Both the position numbers and the translations under genes were made by a program. A DNA stretch of 27,359 bases, from IMG/VR virus record IMGVR_UViG_3300032218_000796, positions 1 to 27,359 of that record. One strand, given 5' to 3'. This DNA comes from a virus. Lineage: Duplodnaviria; Caudoviricetes. Shown piece by piece: positions 1 through 7,662 of the stretch; position 1 is the first letter of the stretch, and every line of letters begins with the position of its first letter. The notes beneath the pieces were generated by a model. The model did no database searches. It worked only from the letters and a program-made list of their open reading frames with translations, and had not been told where the DNA came from.

Positions 1-364
1 AGTTGTACAAGAACACGCAATCAAATGCTGTAGTCAACGTCACGTTTGTATAAACAATACTAGCCGAAGGAGTCCAATACGCCACACCCGCAGTTGTTGA
101 GGAATTGGTAGATGTTGGAGCAGTAGCGTTTGTCACAGTCACGCCGCCAGCTACATAGTTTGTGCCACTTACTTCACCTGTTGAAGAATAAACAGTTGTT
201 GAAGCATTCAAGGTAGCTGAAGCCAAGTACAACGCCGCCTTTACGGTATCAGTTGTAGGAGCCGTCAAACTTCCACGAGAGGTCAAAGTGACCGCACCTA
301 GTTGCTGTGCGCCTACTAACAGGTCGCCCATAAACGAAGTGCACATTGATTGTGTATTTGCCAT
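1..364 (-). CDS. Virion/tail-fibre-like protein, truncated by the window edge; paralog of 578-1003
   Basis: Not in the ORF track. ATG at 364 with RBS TAAGGA. Reads open to base 1: MANTQSMCTSFMGDLLVG...VKAALYLASATLNASTTVYSSTGEVSGTNYVAGGVTVT; shares the KxALY...TTxYxSTxEV...YxAGG pattern with 578-1003. Confidence 0.75.
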   Translation of the reverse strand, partial: MANTQSMCTSFMGDLLVGAQQLGAVTLTSRGSLTAPTTDTVKAALYLASATLNASTTVYSSTGEVSGTNYVAGGVTVTNATAPTSTNSSTTAGVAYWTPSASIVYTNVTLTTAFDCVFLYN

Positions 365-373
365 GATATTTCC

Positions 374-568
374 TTAATCAAAAGATGCCGCTTCTGCAAA
401 CAGGGCGGGGCCAGTTTTTAAACTGACATGAACTGAACGGTGAACCAATTCACCATCAAGCCAATATTCAGTCCAGTTTGTTAATTCGATGTCATTATCG
501 ACGGAACCTTCACGTTTTTCAAGCAAAGATTCATCCATTTCGCCTTTAGTGGTAGTTACGAGTGCCAT
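374..568 (-). CDS. Small hypothetical phage protein (64 aa)
   Basis: RBS TAAGGA upstream of the ATG; fits exactly between its neighbours in the late operon. Confidence 0.75.
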   Translation of the reverse strand: MALVTTTKGEMDESLLEKREGSVDNDIELTNWTEYWLDGELVHRSVHVSLKTGPALFAEAASFD

Positions 569-577
569 CAGACTTCC

Positions 578-1003
578 TTATGCAATGCGAATAATCGCGT
601 TAGTGTTATCAGCGGTTGGGAACTGCACGTTAAACGTATTGGTTGAGGTTTTGTCAGAACCAAAATTCAATACACAAACTGTTGGATTTGTTGTACCGTT
701 GTACTTATAAATTAAAGCACCACGAGCAGTAATTGCGCTATTCCAAGTTACGTTACTAAAAGAAATATAAGCAACACTGCCAGAGTTACCGGTTGTTGGG
801 GTTACTGAAACCGTTAAATTTTGGCCACCTGCGGTATAGCCAGAAGCCACTACTTCATTAGTAGAAGCATATGCAGTTGTTTGATCATTTAACGTAGCGT
901 TACCGGTGTACAAAGCAATTTTGAACGTGTCCGTACTGAAGTTATACGTACCATTCATCAACCCTGTTTTGAAAGTATTTGTAGCAGTTTGGTTAATCGC
1001 CAT
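578..1003 (-). CDS. Virion structural / tail-fibre-like protein
   Basis: Thr/Asn-rich, beta-type sequence; FKIALYT...EV..GYTAGG...ITARGALIY pattern typical of phage tail-region proteins. Confidence 0.65.
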   Translation of the reverse strand: MAINQTATNTFKTGLMNGTYNFSTDTFKIALYTGNATLNDQTTAYASTNEVVASGYTAGGQNLTVSVTPTTGNSGSVAYISFSNVTWNSAITARGALIYKYNGTTNPTVCVLNFGSDKTSTNTFNVQFPTADNTNAIIRIA

Positions 1004-1004
1004 A

Positions 1005-1718
1005 TCAGGTCACCTGCTGACGGTATTGTCCAGAACGGTATGCGTCTTGACGCTCCATACCATCACCCAGACGTTTAGCCAAAGCCAATGCTTCTTGATA
1101 TTTACCGTTATACAGTGCGACCAAATCAGCCTCACCTTTCATAAAGGTGTACGCCTCAACCAATGCGCCATACAACAACACAGAATCAAAGTTATCACCA
1201 AGCCATGTTCGACCAGTAGATGCGGTTGTAATGGACTCAGGGTAATAGTAAAAATGAAGTTCTACGTGATAGTTAGCATCAGGCTTGGGGCCAAGAATAA
1301 ACGTTAACTCGTTTGAAATCGTAGCACCCGTTACTGATGGGCCAAACAAAGCATAGTACTTTGGAAGCCCTGTATCGTTTGGGTTTGGATACGCTTGGCG
1401 AATGTAATTAACATCTTTGTTCAGCAAATACTCATAGGTCTCAGTTGCTGTGCCGTAGTTTGAAATTACAGCCAAAGAATACGTAGCCAAATAATCATCC
1501 GGCGCAGACAAGTAAGGTGTCGTATAAGACACCACACCCGTCATGTTTTTGCGCAACGATGGAAATTGAACCGTGTTGTATATACGTTGTTCAGCCTGTT
1601 GAATAAACCGGTCGATTTGCTCTTTGGTTGTTTCAGTTGTATTGTCAGCCAGCGTTATATCCGGAAAGTTATTTTCCGTATACGCTTGGATTGATGCAAC
1701 AAGGGCTGTGTAGTTCAT
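1005..1718 (-). CDS. Head-tail adaptor / tail tubular-like protein (237 aa)
   Basis: Start reassigned to MNYTALV (1718), 2 nt after the upstream stop. Helical N-terminus (FIQQAEQRI), central G.PKYYA/P.PD beta region and helical C-terminus (LLYGALVEA) give an adaptor-type layout. Confidence 0.6.
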   Translation of the reverse strand: MNYTALVASIQAYTENNFPDITLADNTTETTKEQIDRFIQQAEQRIYNTVQFPSLRKNMTGVVSYTTPYLSAPDDYLATYSLAVISNYGTATETYEYLLNKDVNYIRQAYPNPNDTGLPKYYALFGPSVTGATISNELTFILGPKPDANYHVELHFYYYPESITTASTGRTWLGDNFDSVLLYGALVEAYTFMKGEADLVALYNGKYQEALALAKRLGDGMERQDAYRSGQYRQQVT

Positions 1719-1720
1719 GC

Positions 1721-1969
1721 TTATGCCATCGGGCCTCGGCACATTGTGCCTTTAGTAGCCGCGCCAGTACCGCGCATTTTGATGCCAGAAGTCTTAACAG
1801 TCTCGTTACCAGCAGACTTGCTCTCCGCACCAATGCTGACATCTAATGTATCGAGCTTGCTACGGTTAGGTTCTTTGCCGGGATTGGTAGAAATAGACAC
1901 AGACTTACCGCTCATCGTGTGTGGCTTGGCATAAGCCGATGCAGGGAGATTGTTCTTTTTCGTAGCCAT
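1721..1969 (-). CDS. Small basic protein ending GIKMRGTGAATKG..RGPMA
   Basis: Tightly packed in the late operon; Lys/Gly/Ser-rich. Confidence 0.75.
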   Translation of the reverse strand: MATKKNNLPASAYAKPHTMSGKSVSISTNPGKEPNRSKLDTLDVSIGAESKSAGNETVKTSGIKMRGTGAATKGTMCRGPMA

Positions 1970-1970
1970 A

Positions 1971-2180
1971 TTAGCCTCCGCGCTGGTTCATGGCACGTGC
2001 CATGTTGCGGCCTACTTTACGCATAGCCATACCGGTCACGCCACCTTTTTTCAGCCTCAAAGATGTGCCTTTGCCACCTTTGTGCTCTTGGGTATCGTGT
2101 TGTTTGAAAGCCTTTTTGATCAAAGAAACGTCTTGTTTCTTATCAGCTTTCATGTCTTCTTTCATGTCGCTTTTAGCCAT
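1971..2180 (-). CDS. Small basic protein with KGG motifs
   Basis: RBS AAGGAG upstream; contains HKGG, LKKGGV and ends in QRGG. Confidence 0.75.
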   Translation of the reverse strand: MAKSDMKEDMKADKKQDVSLIKKAFKQHDTQEHKGGKGTSLRLKKGGVTGMAMRKVGRNMARAMNQRGG

Positions 2181-2190
2181 GTTCGACTCC

Positions 2191-2619
2191 TTATGTCGTT
2201 GTAACGGTTACTGTACCAATTTGTACGGTTAAAGCCAAGTAGTTTGGCGTTAAAACTGCATCAAAACCTCTTGAACCACCCACTGGATTCCACCCCCATT
2301 GAAACACCCGACTACCACTTTCAGGGTAACCAAACGCATCAACGGCCACACTGTTTGAATCTACAAGTTGCAAACCACTTTGTCCAGATACCAAGTAGCT
2401 TACATCAGGGCGGGGTTCGCGTACAGCTTGTGGGTCGTTAACTGGGTACATACCCAGTTGTAATTGCGGATGATCAGGATCCCAACAAGCGTGGCAAACC
2501 TTGATTTTAAACGGCTTAGTTTTGACAGTCTGGGTACGCAATTCCTTGAGCATGTATCTCTGCGAACAACGGTCGCATTCGGCAATCGCATGTTTACCAG
2601 AAGAAAACCGATTAGGCAT
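2191..2619 (-). CDS. Zn-finger-like (CxxC...CxxC) morphogenesis protein (142 aa)
   Basis: Start reassigned to MPNRF (2619), overlapping the upstream stop; CDRC...CHAC followed by HPQL. Confidence 0.65.
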   Translation of the reverse strand: MPNRFSSGKHAIAECDRCSQRYMLKELRTQTVKTKPFKIKVCHACWDPDHPQLQLGMYPVNDPQAVREPRPDVSYLVSGQSGLQLVDSNSVAVDAFGYPESGSRVFQWGWNPVGGSRGFDAVLTPNYLALTVQIGTVTVTTT

Positions 2620-3544
2620 AGAACAAGTTCCTAGGCACAAATCTCAATGGAGATGTGTCGCGGTCTTCAGCGGCGGCTAAGTCCCACTGCTGTTCATAGT
2701 CTGCCTTCAATGCCATCACACGCTCTGGCGGTACATCAGGCAACTTCATGCTTAACAAATAGGCCAAACCTGCAACCATGCAGGGGATAAAGCGGAATGG
2801 AATATCCTGAATTGAAGTGCCCGTACCAGCATCTTGAATACGGCGCATGCGGTAGTACACAAGCATGTACTGATCGCCGGGGGCATTAGGTGTAGGCCAC
2901 ACGTTAATCGCTGGCAAGTTCTGCACGGTTATAGCCGCGCCAGTTGTATGACCTACGGCAGTTGTGCCGTTCTGACCACGAGCGCAGTTGAGCAACTGAT
3001 TGGTCACAGGGTTTACGTTAGGGTAACTGATTGTCTCGTCACCAATTTTGATAAAACCAGAGGTTGTAAGATCAGCCACATTAGACACTGTGATTGTGGT
3101 GTCTGTAGACAATATAGTCCCATTAAGGGTAACCGTTGTGGGATTTTCTTGACCCGACTGACGGTTGTACCACATTTGAATGGGACGACCCTGTGCCAGC
3201 TTATTAGGCAAGCTCATATAGGTCGATTCGGAGATACTGCTGATGTTAATGTCGATCTGGTTAGACGTGCCGTTGCTCTGGCGAATTACGGTGTCTAGGA
3301 GATTGATTGTGTCAGTAGGCATGGGGTACATAGCCTGACCCGTGACCATAGGAATCTGACCCTGTTCTACCGTCCAGAAGTTCAAACCACGGTTTGTCCA
3401 CTCAATCGTCAAAAGATTCAACGACCGACGGGCTGTACGGAAGTTATATCCCGTACGCAGTTCTTGCCCACAACGCTCAAACGCCTCTTCAATGAGGTCG
3501 TTTATGTCGAGGTTGAAAGCTGTGGTTCCGGTAGTGGAGGCCAT
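2612..3544 (-). CDS. Head-tail adaptor (tail tubular protein A-like) with an inserted beta-rich domain
   Basis: LIEEAFERCG...ARRSLNLL..EWTNRGLN.WT N-terminus, GRP/WPTP core and helical C-terminus (MVAGLAYLLS); lies downstream of the capsid genes. Confidence 0.6.
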   Translation of the reverse strand: MASTTGTTAFNLDINDLIEEAFERCGQELRTGYNFRTARRSLNLLTIEWTNRGLNFWTVEQGQIPMVTGQAMYPMPTDTINLLDTVIRQSNGTSNQIDINISSISESTYMSLPNKLAQGRPIQMWYNRQSGQENPTTVTLNGTILSTDTTITVSNVADLTTSGFIKIGDETISYPNVNPVTNQLLNCARGQNGTTAVGHTTGAAITVQNLPAINVWPTPNAPGDQYMLVYYRMRRIQDAGTGTSIQDIPFRFIPCMVAGLAYLLSMKLPDVPPERVMALKADYEQQWDLAAAEDRDTSPLRFVPRNLFYA

Positions 3545-3792
3545 TATTTCTTCGCAGTCTTAGCAGATTTTATGAACGCTTGTTTAGTTGGCGCACCTTT
3601 GCTACCAACTCGGCGCATTTTTTCACCAGAGCCTTCAGCGATTCTTTGACGCTTTGCATTGATATTGGCATAAAGTCCTACCTTTCCGCCTTTGGCGTAT
3701 TGTGTAAAGTCTGTGTCATCACGACGAGCTTTTGTCACACCCTTGGGCATTTTTGAAGGGGCAATATCGCCCATACCACGGCTGGCCATCAT
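3544..3792 (-). CDS. Small basic protein: two modules joined at YAKGGKV
   Basis: ATGA coupling to the upstream gene; Lys/Arg-rich. Confidence 0.75.
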   Translation of the reverse strand: MMASRGMGDIAPSKMPKGVTKARRDDTDFTQYAKGGKVGLYANINAKRQRIAEGSGEKMRRVGSKGAPTKQAFIKSAKTAKK

Positions 3793-3965
3793 TTTTTCAT
3801 CCCCTTAAGGGTCTCGGCTAAACGTGCACGTTGGCCCGTTACACCGGGTTTCTTAGCGGCGGCGGTTAATTTCTTGGCTGGAATGGTCTTACCAGCTTTG
3901 ACACCAAGTTCTTTTTTCAAAGCACCGGGTTTTTTAATAGCCTTCTGAATCCATTTTTCAGCCAT
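3789..3965 (-). CDS. Small very basic protein (58 aa, MAEKWIQKAIKKPGAL...)
   Basis: Start reassigned to 3965 with RBS AAGGA; Lys/Ala-rich. Confidence 0.75.
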   Translation of the reverse strand: MAEKWIQKAIKKPGALKKELGVKAGKTIPAKKLTAAAKKPGVTGQRARLAETLKGMKK

Positions 3966-3967
3966 GA

Positions 3968-4339
3968 TTATTTCCTTTTGGTCATACCGCCACCGCACAT
4001 GACCATAGTGCCACGAGTCTTACCTCGTTGAGCAATACCATCAGCACGTGAGGAAGCTGAACGGATAGCACCGCCCTTTTTACGACCTTCTGGGTCTGTT
4101 GGGGGCTTGCCTTTTTCAGCAGTGTAGATACCTTCGTTCTGCTTGTCTTCATACGCTTTCAGCTCTTTGGCTGTAGGGCCACCCTGCTTTCCACGACCAG
4201 CGCCAGCTTCCGAAGGATTGGGGCCTACATATTCAGAACCCTCTCCCGCAAAAGGTTTATCTTTTACGTACAAGCCAGAAGTACCATCTGGATATTCAGT
4301 AGTAGTATTATCCGTGTACAAGGCTTTTTTAGTGGCCAT
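3968..4339 (-). CDS. Small protein with C-terminal KKGG...DGIAQRGKTRG motif
   Basis: RBS AAGGAG; C-terminal motif shared with 4349-4690. Confidence 0.75.
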   Translation of the reverse strand: MATKKALYTDNTTTEYPDGTSGLYVKDKPFAGEGSEYVGPNPSEAGAGRGKQGGPTAKELKAYEDKQNEGIYTAEKGKPPTDPEGRKKGGAIRSASSRADGIAQRGKTRGTMVMCGGGMTKRK

Positions 4340-4348
4340 ATCAACTCC

Positions 4349-4690
4349 TTAACAGGCTTTGCCGCCTTTGGACATTTTAATCATAGTGCCTTTGGTCTTG
4401 CCTTTGACAGCAATACCGTCACGGCTAGGGGCCGCTGTCTTAACTTTACCCATTGATGTCATACCGCCGCCAGCCATTTTGCTAGTGCCTTTTTTCTTAG
4501 CCATCATTGCCATGAAGCCGGGATTCATTTTAGAAGCCATAGTATCACCACCTTTTGAAAATTTTTTGCCTTTATCGGCAGTTGAAAAATCTTTGCCCAC
4601 GGATTGTGGGACTCCTACCTTCTTGGCAAACGCTGGACTGTGAGCCACCGCCGCCATGAAATTGTGTTGTTTCTTACTTGTGCTTGGCAT
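4349..4690 (-). CDS. Small basic protein (113 aa) with a probable internal in-frame start at 4540
   Basis: Start reassigned to MPSTSKK (4690); contains FSKGG, MAGGG, DGIAVKGKTKG and MSKGG motifs. Confidence 0.75.
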   Translation of the reverse strand: MPSTSKKQHNFMAAVAHSPAFAKKVGVPQSVGKDFSTADKGKKFSKGGDTMASKMNPGFMAMMAKKKGTSKMAGGGMTSMGKVKTAAPSRDGIAVKGKTKGTMIKMSKGGKAC

Positions 4691-4691
4691 A

Positions 4692-4880
4692 TTAAACCTT
4701 AATGATCCAACCTTTGCCAACCACAAAACCAACAAATAAAGCACCGATCCAAATCAGTGCTTTTTCTACAACGGTCTTACCAACCTTTTTGTAGAACTCA
4801 TTGGACATCTCGTCAATGGCCAACTTAGCCGCTCTTTTGGCTATGGCTTCTTCACGATCAGTTAATGTAATGTCGCTCAT
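4692..4880 (-). CDS. Small single-pass membrane protein (holin-like or hypothetical)
   Basis: Helical N-terminus plus a hydrophobic C-terminal segment ALIWIGALFVGFVVG. Confidence 0.55.
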   Translation of the reverse strand: MSDITLTDREEAIAKRAAKLAIDEMSNEFYKKVGKTVVEKALIWIGALFVGFVVGKGWIIKV

Positions 4881-4881
4881 A

Positions 4882-5127
4882 TCAGCACTTCCATGCTCTA
4901 AGTGATTTGTTTATGCGTGAGTCTGGGTCTTTGGCGGTTTTGGCGGATGTCAATTTCTTTTTCATCCCTTCCATCCTCGCACAAAAAGAGTCGCGCCGGG
5001 AGCCGCCTTCTGGCTGGGGAGGTTTCAAGTTCATACCTTGCTTTTTGGCGGAGGCTCGCCCCTTGGCGTTCAAGCCGCCCTTGGGGTTCTTGCCTTCTTT
5101 CCTCGTCCATGCAGGTGACTTAGCCAT
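4882..5127 (-). CDS. Conserved basic phage protein (DUF6321-like, 81 aa)
   Basis: Start reassigned to MAKSPAW (5127); W.RKEGKNPKGGLN.KGRAS...SFCARM...SLRAWKC pattern; family name from memory. Confidence 0.65.
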   Translation of the reverse strand: MAKSPAWTRKEGKNPKGGLNAKGRASAKKQGMNLKPPQPEGGSRRDSFCARMEGMKKKLTSAKTAKDPDSRINKSLRAWKC

Positions 5128-5410
5128 AGAACACCGTAATACCGGTAGGTGCAACGCTTACTGATGTGTACCAAACTCCGTTAGGGAATAAGATACCTTC
5201 ACCGGGTAACAATACATTAGTCATATTGGAATTTGAACCTGTATCAAGTTCTAAAAGCACAGTGCCGCCAGAAGCATCTAAGAATTTACCCGAGCCAGCG
5301 CCAGCGCCACCAGTAATAGCTACACCTTTGATACGTACACGACCCGAAATCAACGCTTGATTTGTTTGTGTGCCACCAGTATGTACTGACCTTATGTCTG
5401 TTTGCATCAT
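5120..5410 (-). CDS. Small beta-rich virion protein (96 aa)
   Basis: RBS AAGGAG 7 nt before ATG 5410; RIKG...PGEGILFPNG..VFYG pattern. Confidence 0.65.
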   Translation of the reverse strand: MMQTDIRSVHTGGTQTNQALISGRVRIKGVAITGGAGAGSGKFLDASGGTVLLELDTGSNSNMTNVLLPGEGILFPNGVWYTSVSVAPTGITVFYG

Positions 5411-5429
5411 AATCAATCTCCTTGTAAGC

Positions 5430-5445
5430 GGGGGCCGAAGCCCCC
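5430..5445 (-). other. Intergenic cUUCGg hairpin (mRNA stabiliser or weak terminator)
   Basis: GGGGGC-TTCG-GCCCCC on the minus strand; no U-tract follows. Confidence 0.6.
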
Positions 5446-5453
5446 TAGATCAA

Positions 5454-5948
5454 TTAGTCGTTTTGCTGACCAGCCAATGGGTCTTGAACGTAATAAGTGA
5501 TGTAGCCAGTAATCGTACCGCTTGTAGCGGCAGATGCGCCAACACCAGCAGTCAGGTATGTGAACTCAGTAGCTGACAACACCAAACCAAGGCTTGCACC
5601 TTTAGTAGCAGAAGCCAGAGTTACGCTAGTACGTGCATCAGAAGGAACTTCGTTACCCAAGGCTTGTGTGCTGGCTGTACCTGTAGAGTACAAAGTGAAG
5701 CCAAAGTCAACTGTGGGGCTAGTGCCACCAGTAGAAGTTGTTGCTGTGATGTTGATAGAGTTAACAACTGCGCCAGCGGGAAGAATCACTGGGTTGGTGT
5801 TAGTAGAAGAGAGCTTAACGTTTGCAGAAGCCGCCGCAACGTTAGAGATATAGAACTGAGCAACCATCAAGCCTGTACCGCAATAAGCTGTACGTGTTTG
5901 ATCGCCGCCGCCAGAACGCCAAATACTCTGGGTGGTAGAAATTGCCAT
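5454..5948 (-). CDS. Putative capsid decoration / minor capsid protein
   Basis: First gene after the MCP; Thr/Ser/Ala-rich beta-sandwich-like sequence with LPAGAVV; RBS AAGGA. Confidence 0.6.
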   Translation of the reverse strand: MAISTTQSIWRSGGGDQTRTAYCGTGLMVAQFYISNVAAASANVKLSSTNTNPVILPAGAVVNSINITATTSTGGTSPTVDFGFTLYSTGTASTQALGNEVPSDARTSVTLASATKGASLGLVLSATEFTYLTAGVGASAATSGTITGYITYYVQDPLAGQQND

Positions 5949-6033
5949 GATAAATTGTCCTTACATACAAGATCAGCGCATCAATCGGTATGTCGTTTGC
6001 CGGGTCAATTTGATGCACCGGGAACCCCGGGGT
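5949..6033 (-). ncRNA. Putative structured cis-regulatory leader RNA (double pseudoknot)
   Basis: Three mutually crossing helices: CCGGG/CCCGG, GUGCAUCAA/UUGAUGCGC and ACAUAC/GUAUGU; the last ends directly at the SD AAGGA. Confidence 0.5.
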
Positions 6034-6039
6034 GATTGC

Positions 6040-6068
6040 AATATACAACAAAAGAAAAGGGGGCACAA
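6040..6068 (-). promoter_or_regulatory. Putative sigma70-type promoter embedded in the capsid terminator
   Basis: TTGTGC (6068-6063) - 17 bp - TATATT (6045-6040); predicted +1 near 6033. Confidence 0.45.
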
Positions 6069-6078
6069 GGCCCCCCTT
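6050..6078 (-). terminator. Intrinsic terminator after the major capsid gene
   Basis: GGGGGC-CTTGT-GCCCCC followed by TTTTCTTTT on the minus strand. Confidence 0.8.
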
Positions 6079-6098
6079 CAAATATTTCCTAAGAAATA

Positions 6099-7007
6099 TT
6101 AGGCTCCTTGGGAACCGTACATGCCCAGAGGATCAGACCAGCCGAAGCTGTAACGCTCACGAGACTTGTAACGAACGTTACCAGTGTCGAAATCGCCGTC
6201 CATAGACTGAGCCAAAGGTGAGCGAATGAAGTGCTTCATGCCGTTAGGAACGTCGGTAGTCAAATACCAGCCGTTTGTGTCGGTCAAGAAGTGGTTAATG
6301 GTGTAGCCTTCGGCCACAGCACCATTGTTCTTCAATGCGTTGATGTCGTTGTCGTTAGTACCAACGCGCAATTCAGTTTCGAGCAAACGAGTTGCAACGA
6401 ACTGCAAAGCTGGAGGCACAACCAATTTCTTGGGTTTAGCGGCAATCAACAAACCACGCTCATCAGTCCAAGCGGCGATCTGAATAACAGCGTTTTCCAA
6501 CGATGTCTCATTCAAGTCAGCGGCTGTAGATGGGATGTTGCTGTTGGTACCACCAGACACCAAGGGGTGTGATGCGCTAAATAAAGCAACACCGTCACCA
6601 CCGGGGTAGCTAGAGCTGAAACCGTTGTTCAAAACAGCGGCGGCTTTAACTTGCTTGGTGTAGGCCATAGCACGAGCCAAGGCTTTGGTGTAACGAGCGG
6701 ACAACGAGTCATACAAGTTGTCTTCGATAGCTTCTTCAGTCAAGCTGAAGCCCAAAGCGATAGTTTCGTGGTTGTAGCGAGCAGTCCATGCTTCTTGAGC
6801 CGCGTCATAAGCGATGGCAGAACCCTCGTTTTTGACAGGAGCGGCAGAGAAACCAGACAGTTTTGTCTCTTCTTCGAATGAACGCTCAGAGGTCTCTGTT
6901 TCATAGATCTCTTTATGCTCTTCGCCGTATTTAGCATACTCCAAACCGAACAATGCGTTCAGGCCGGGGAGCAACTCTTTCAGTAGTTGTGCGCGTGAAA
7001 TTGCCAT
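6099..7007 (-). CDS. Major capsid protein (HK97-fold inferred)
   Basis: 302 aa; MAISRAQLLKELLPGLNALFG, VKNEGSAI.YD, EEAIEDNLY, LVVPPAL and RERYSFGWSD motifs; follows the scaffold and is followed by a terminator. Confidence 0.9.
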   Translation of the reverse strand: MAISRAQLLKELLPGLNALFGLEYAKYGEEHKEIYETETSERSFEEETKLSGFSAAPVKNEGSAIAYDAAQEAWTARYNHETIALGFSLTEEAIEDNLYDSLSARYTKALARAMAYTKQVKAAAVLNNGFSSSYPGGDGVALFSASHPLVSGGTNSNIPSTAADLNETSLENAVIQIAAWTDERGLLIAAKPKKLVVPPALQFVATRLLETELRVGTNDNDINALKNNGAVAEGYTINHFLTDTNGWYLTTDVPNGMKHFIRSPLAQSMDGDFDTGNVRYKSRERYSFGWSDPLGMYGSQGA

Positions 7008-7020
7008 GGTAAGTTACTCC

Positions 7021-7644
7021 TTAAACACCGGTTTGGTTGTAGTACGAATGATAGCCAAAATTGAATTTAACTAAAAATTCGCAGAAGTTACCAGACGAGT
7101 TTGCAGTATCAGGCACACCGGCAATAACACGCATTGGGAGCAATGTTGTTACTGCGCTAGTACCGTCAATAGCAATAGCGGAATCGCCAGTGGTTGTAGA
7201 ACCAGAGTTGAGAATCAACGAAACGTTGTTACCAATAATAGTCTGACCATAGAAAGCGATTGTTGAGCCAGAAGACACTGACGCTACTTGGAACACAGCA
7301 TCTGGATCTTCACAGACGTAAGCTACAGCATCCGTTACACCAGACGAGAAACCGGGCCAGTACTGCGCGAACGTTTTCTGTTTAGTGGAAGGGTTAGTGT
7401 ATGAACATCCAAGGAATACACCGATAACACCGTTAACAGTCACAGTAGTCTGTGCGGCCAACGTAGAAATGATTACACAACCAGAGGTAGTAATCTGAAC
7501 AACGTCACCATTGAAAATGGCTGTGTTGTAGTTAACAGAAGAGGTAGTAATAGGGATTTGACGAGTAGCACCCGCAAACACCTGACCGCCGATCAGATTG
7601 ACCGGCTTTAGCCCGTAAGGGGCCGAGACAGTAGGATAAGCCAT
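7021..7644 (-). CDS. Capsid-associated (cement/decoration-like) protein
   Basis: APYGLKPV...IFNGDVV...GVFLGCSYT...DPD pattern; beta-rich; directly upstream of the MCP. Confidence 0.6.
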   Translation of the reverse strand: MAYPTVSAPYGLKPVNLIGGQVFAGATRQIPITTSSVNYNTAIFNGDVVQITTSGCVIISTLAAQTTVTVNGVIGVFLGCSYTNPSTKQKTFAQYWPGFSSGVTDAVAYVCEDPDAVFQVASVSSGSTIAFYGQTIIGNNVSLILNSGSTTTGDSAIAIDGTSAVTTLLPMRVIAGVPDTANSSGNFCEFLVKFNFGYHSYYNQTGV

Positions 7645-7662
7645 TTTTAAGCTCCAAAAATT

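Noticed and set aside
5949-6033. Known self-cleaving ribozyme (HDV-like, hammerhead, twister) or SAM-II/preQ1 riboswitch
   Set aside because: By eye it lacks the HDV nested P3/P1.1, the hammerhead CUGANGA/GAAA core and the riboswitch consensus nucleotides; left unassigned pending an Rfam scan.
5842-6081. 79-aa minus-strand ORF across the MCP terminator
   Set aside because: Crosses the terminator and leader and overlaps 5454-5948 out of frame; no RBS.
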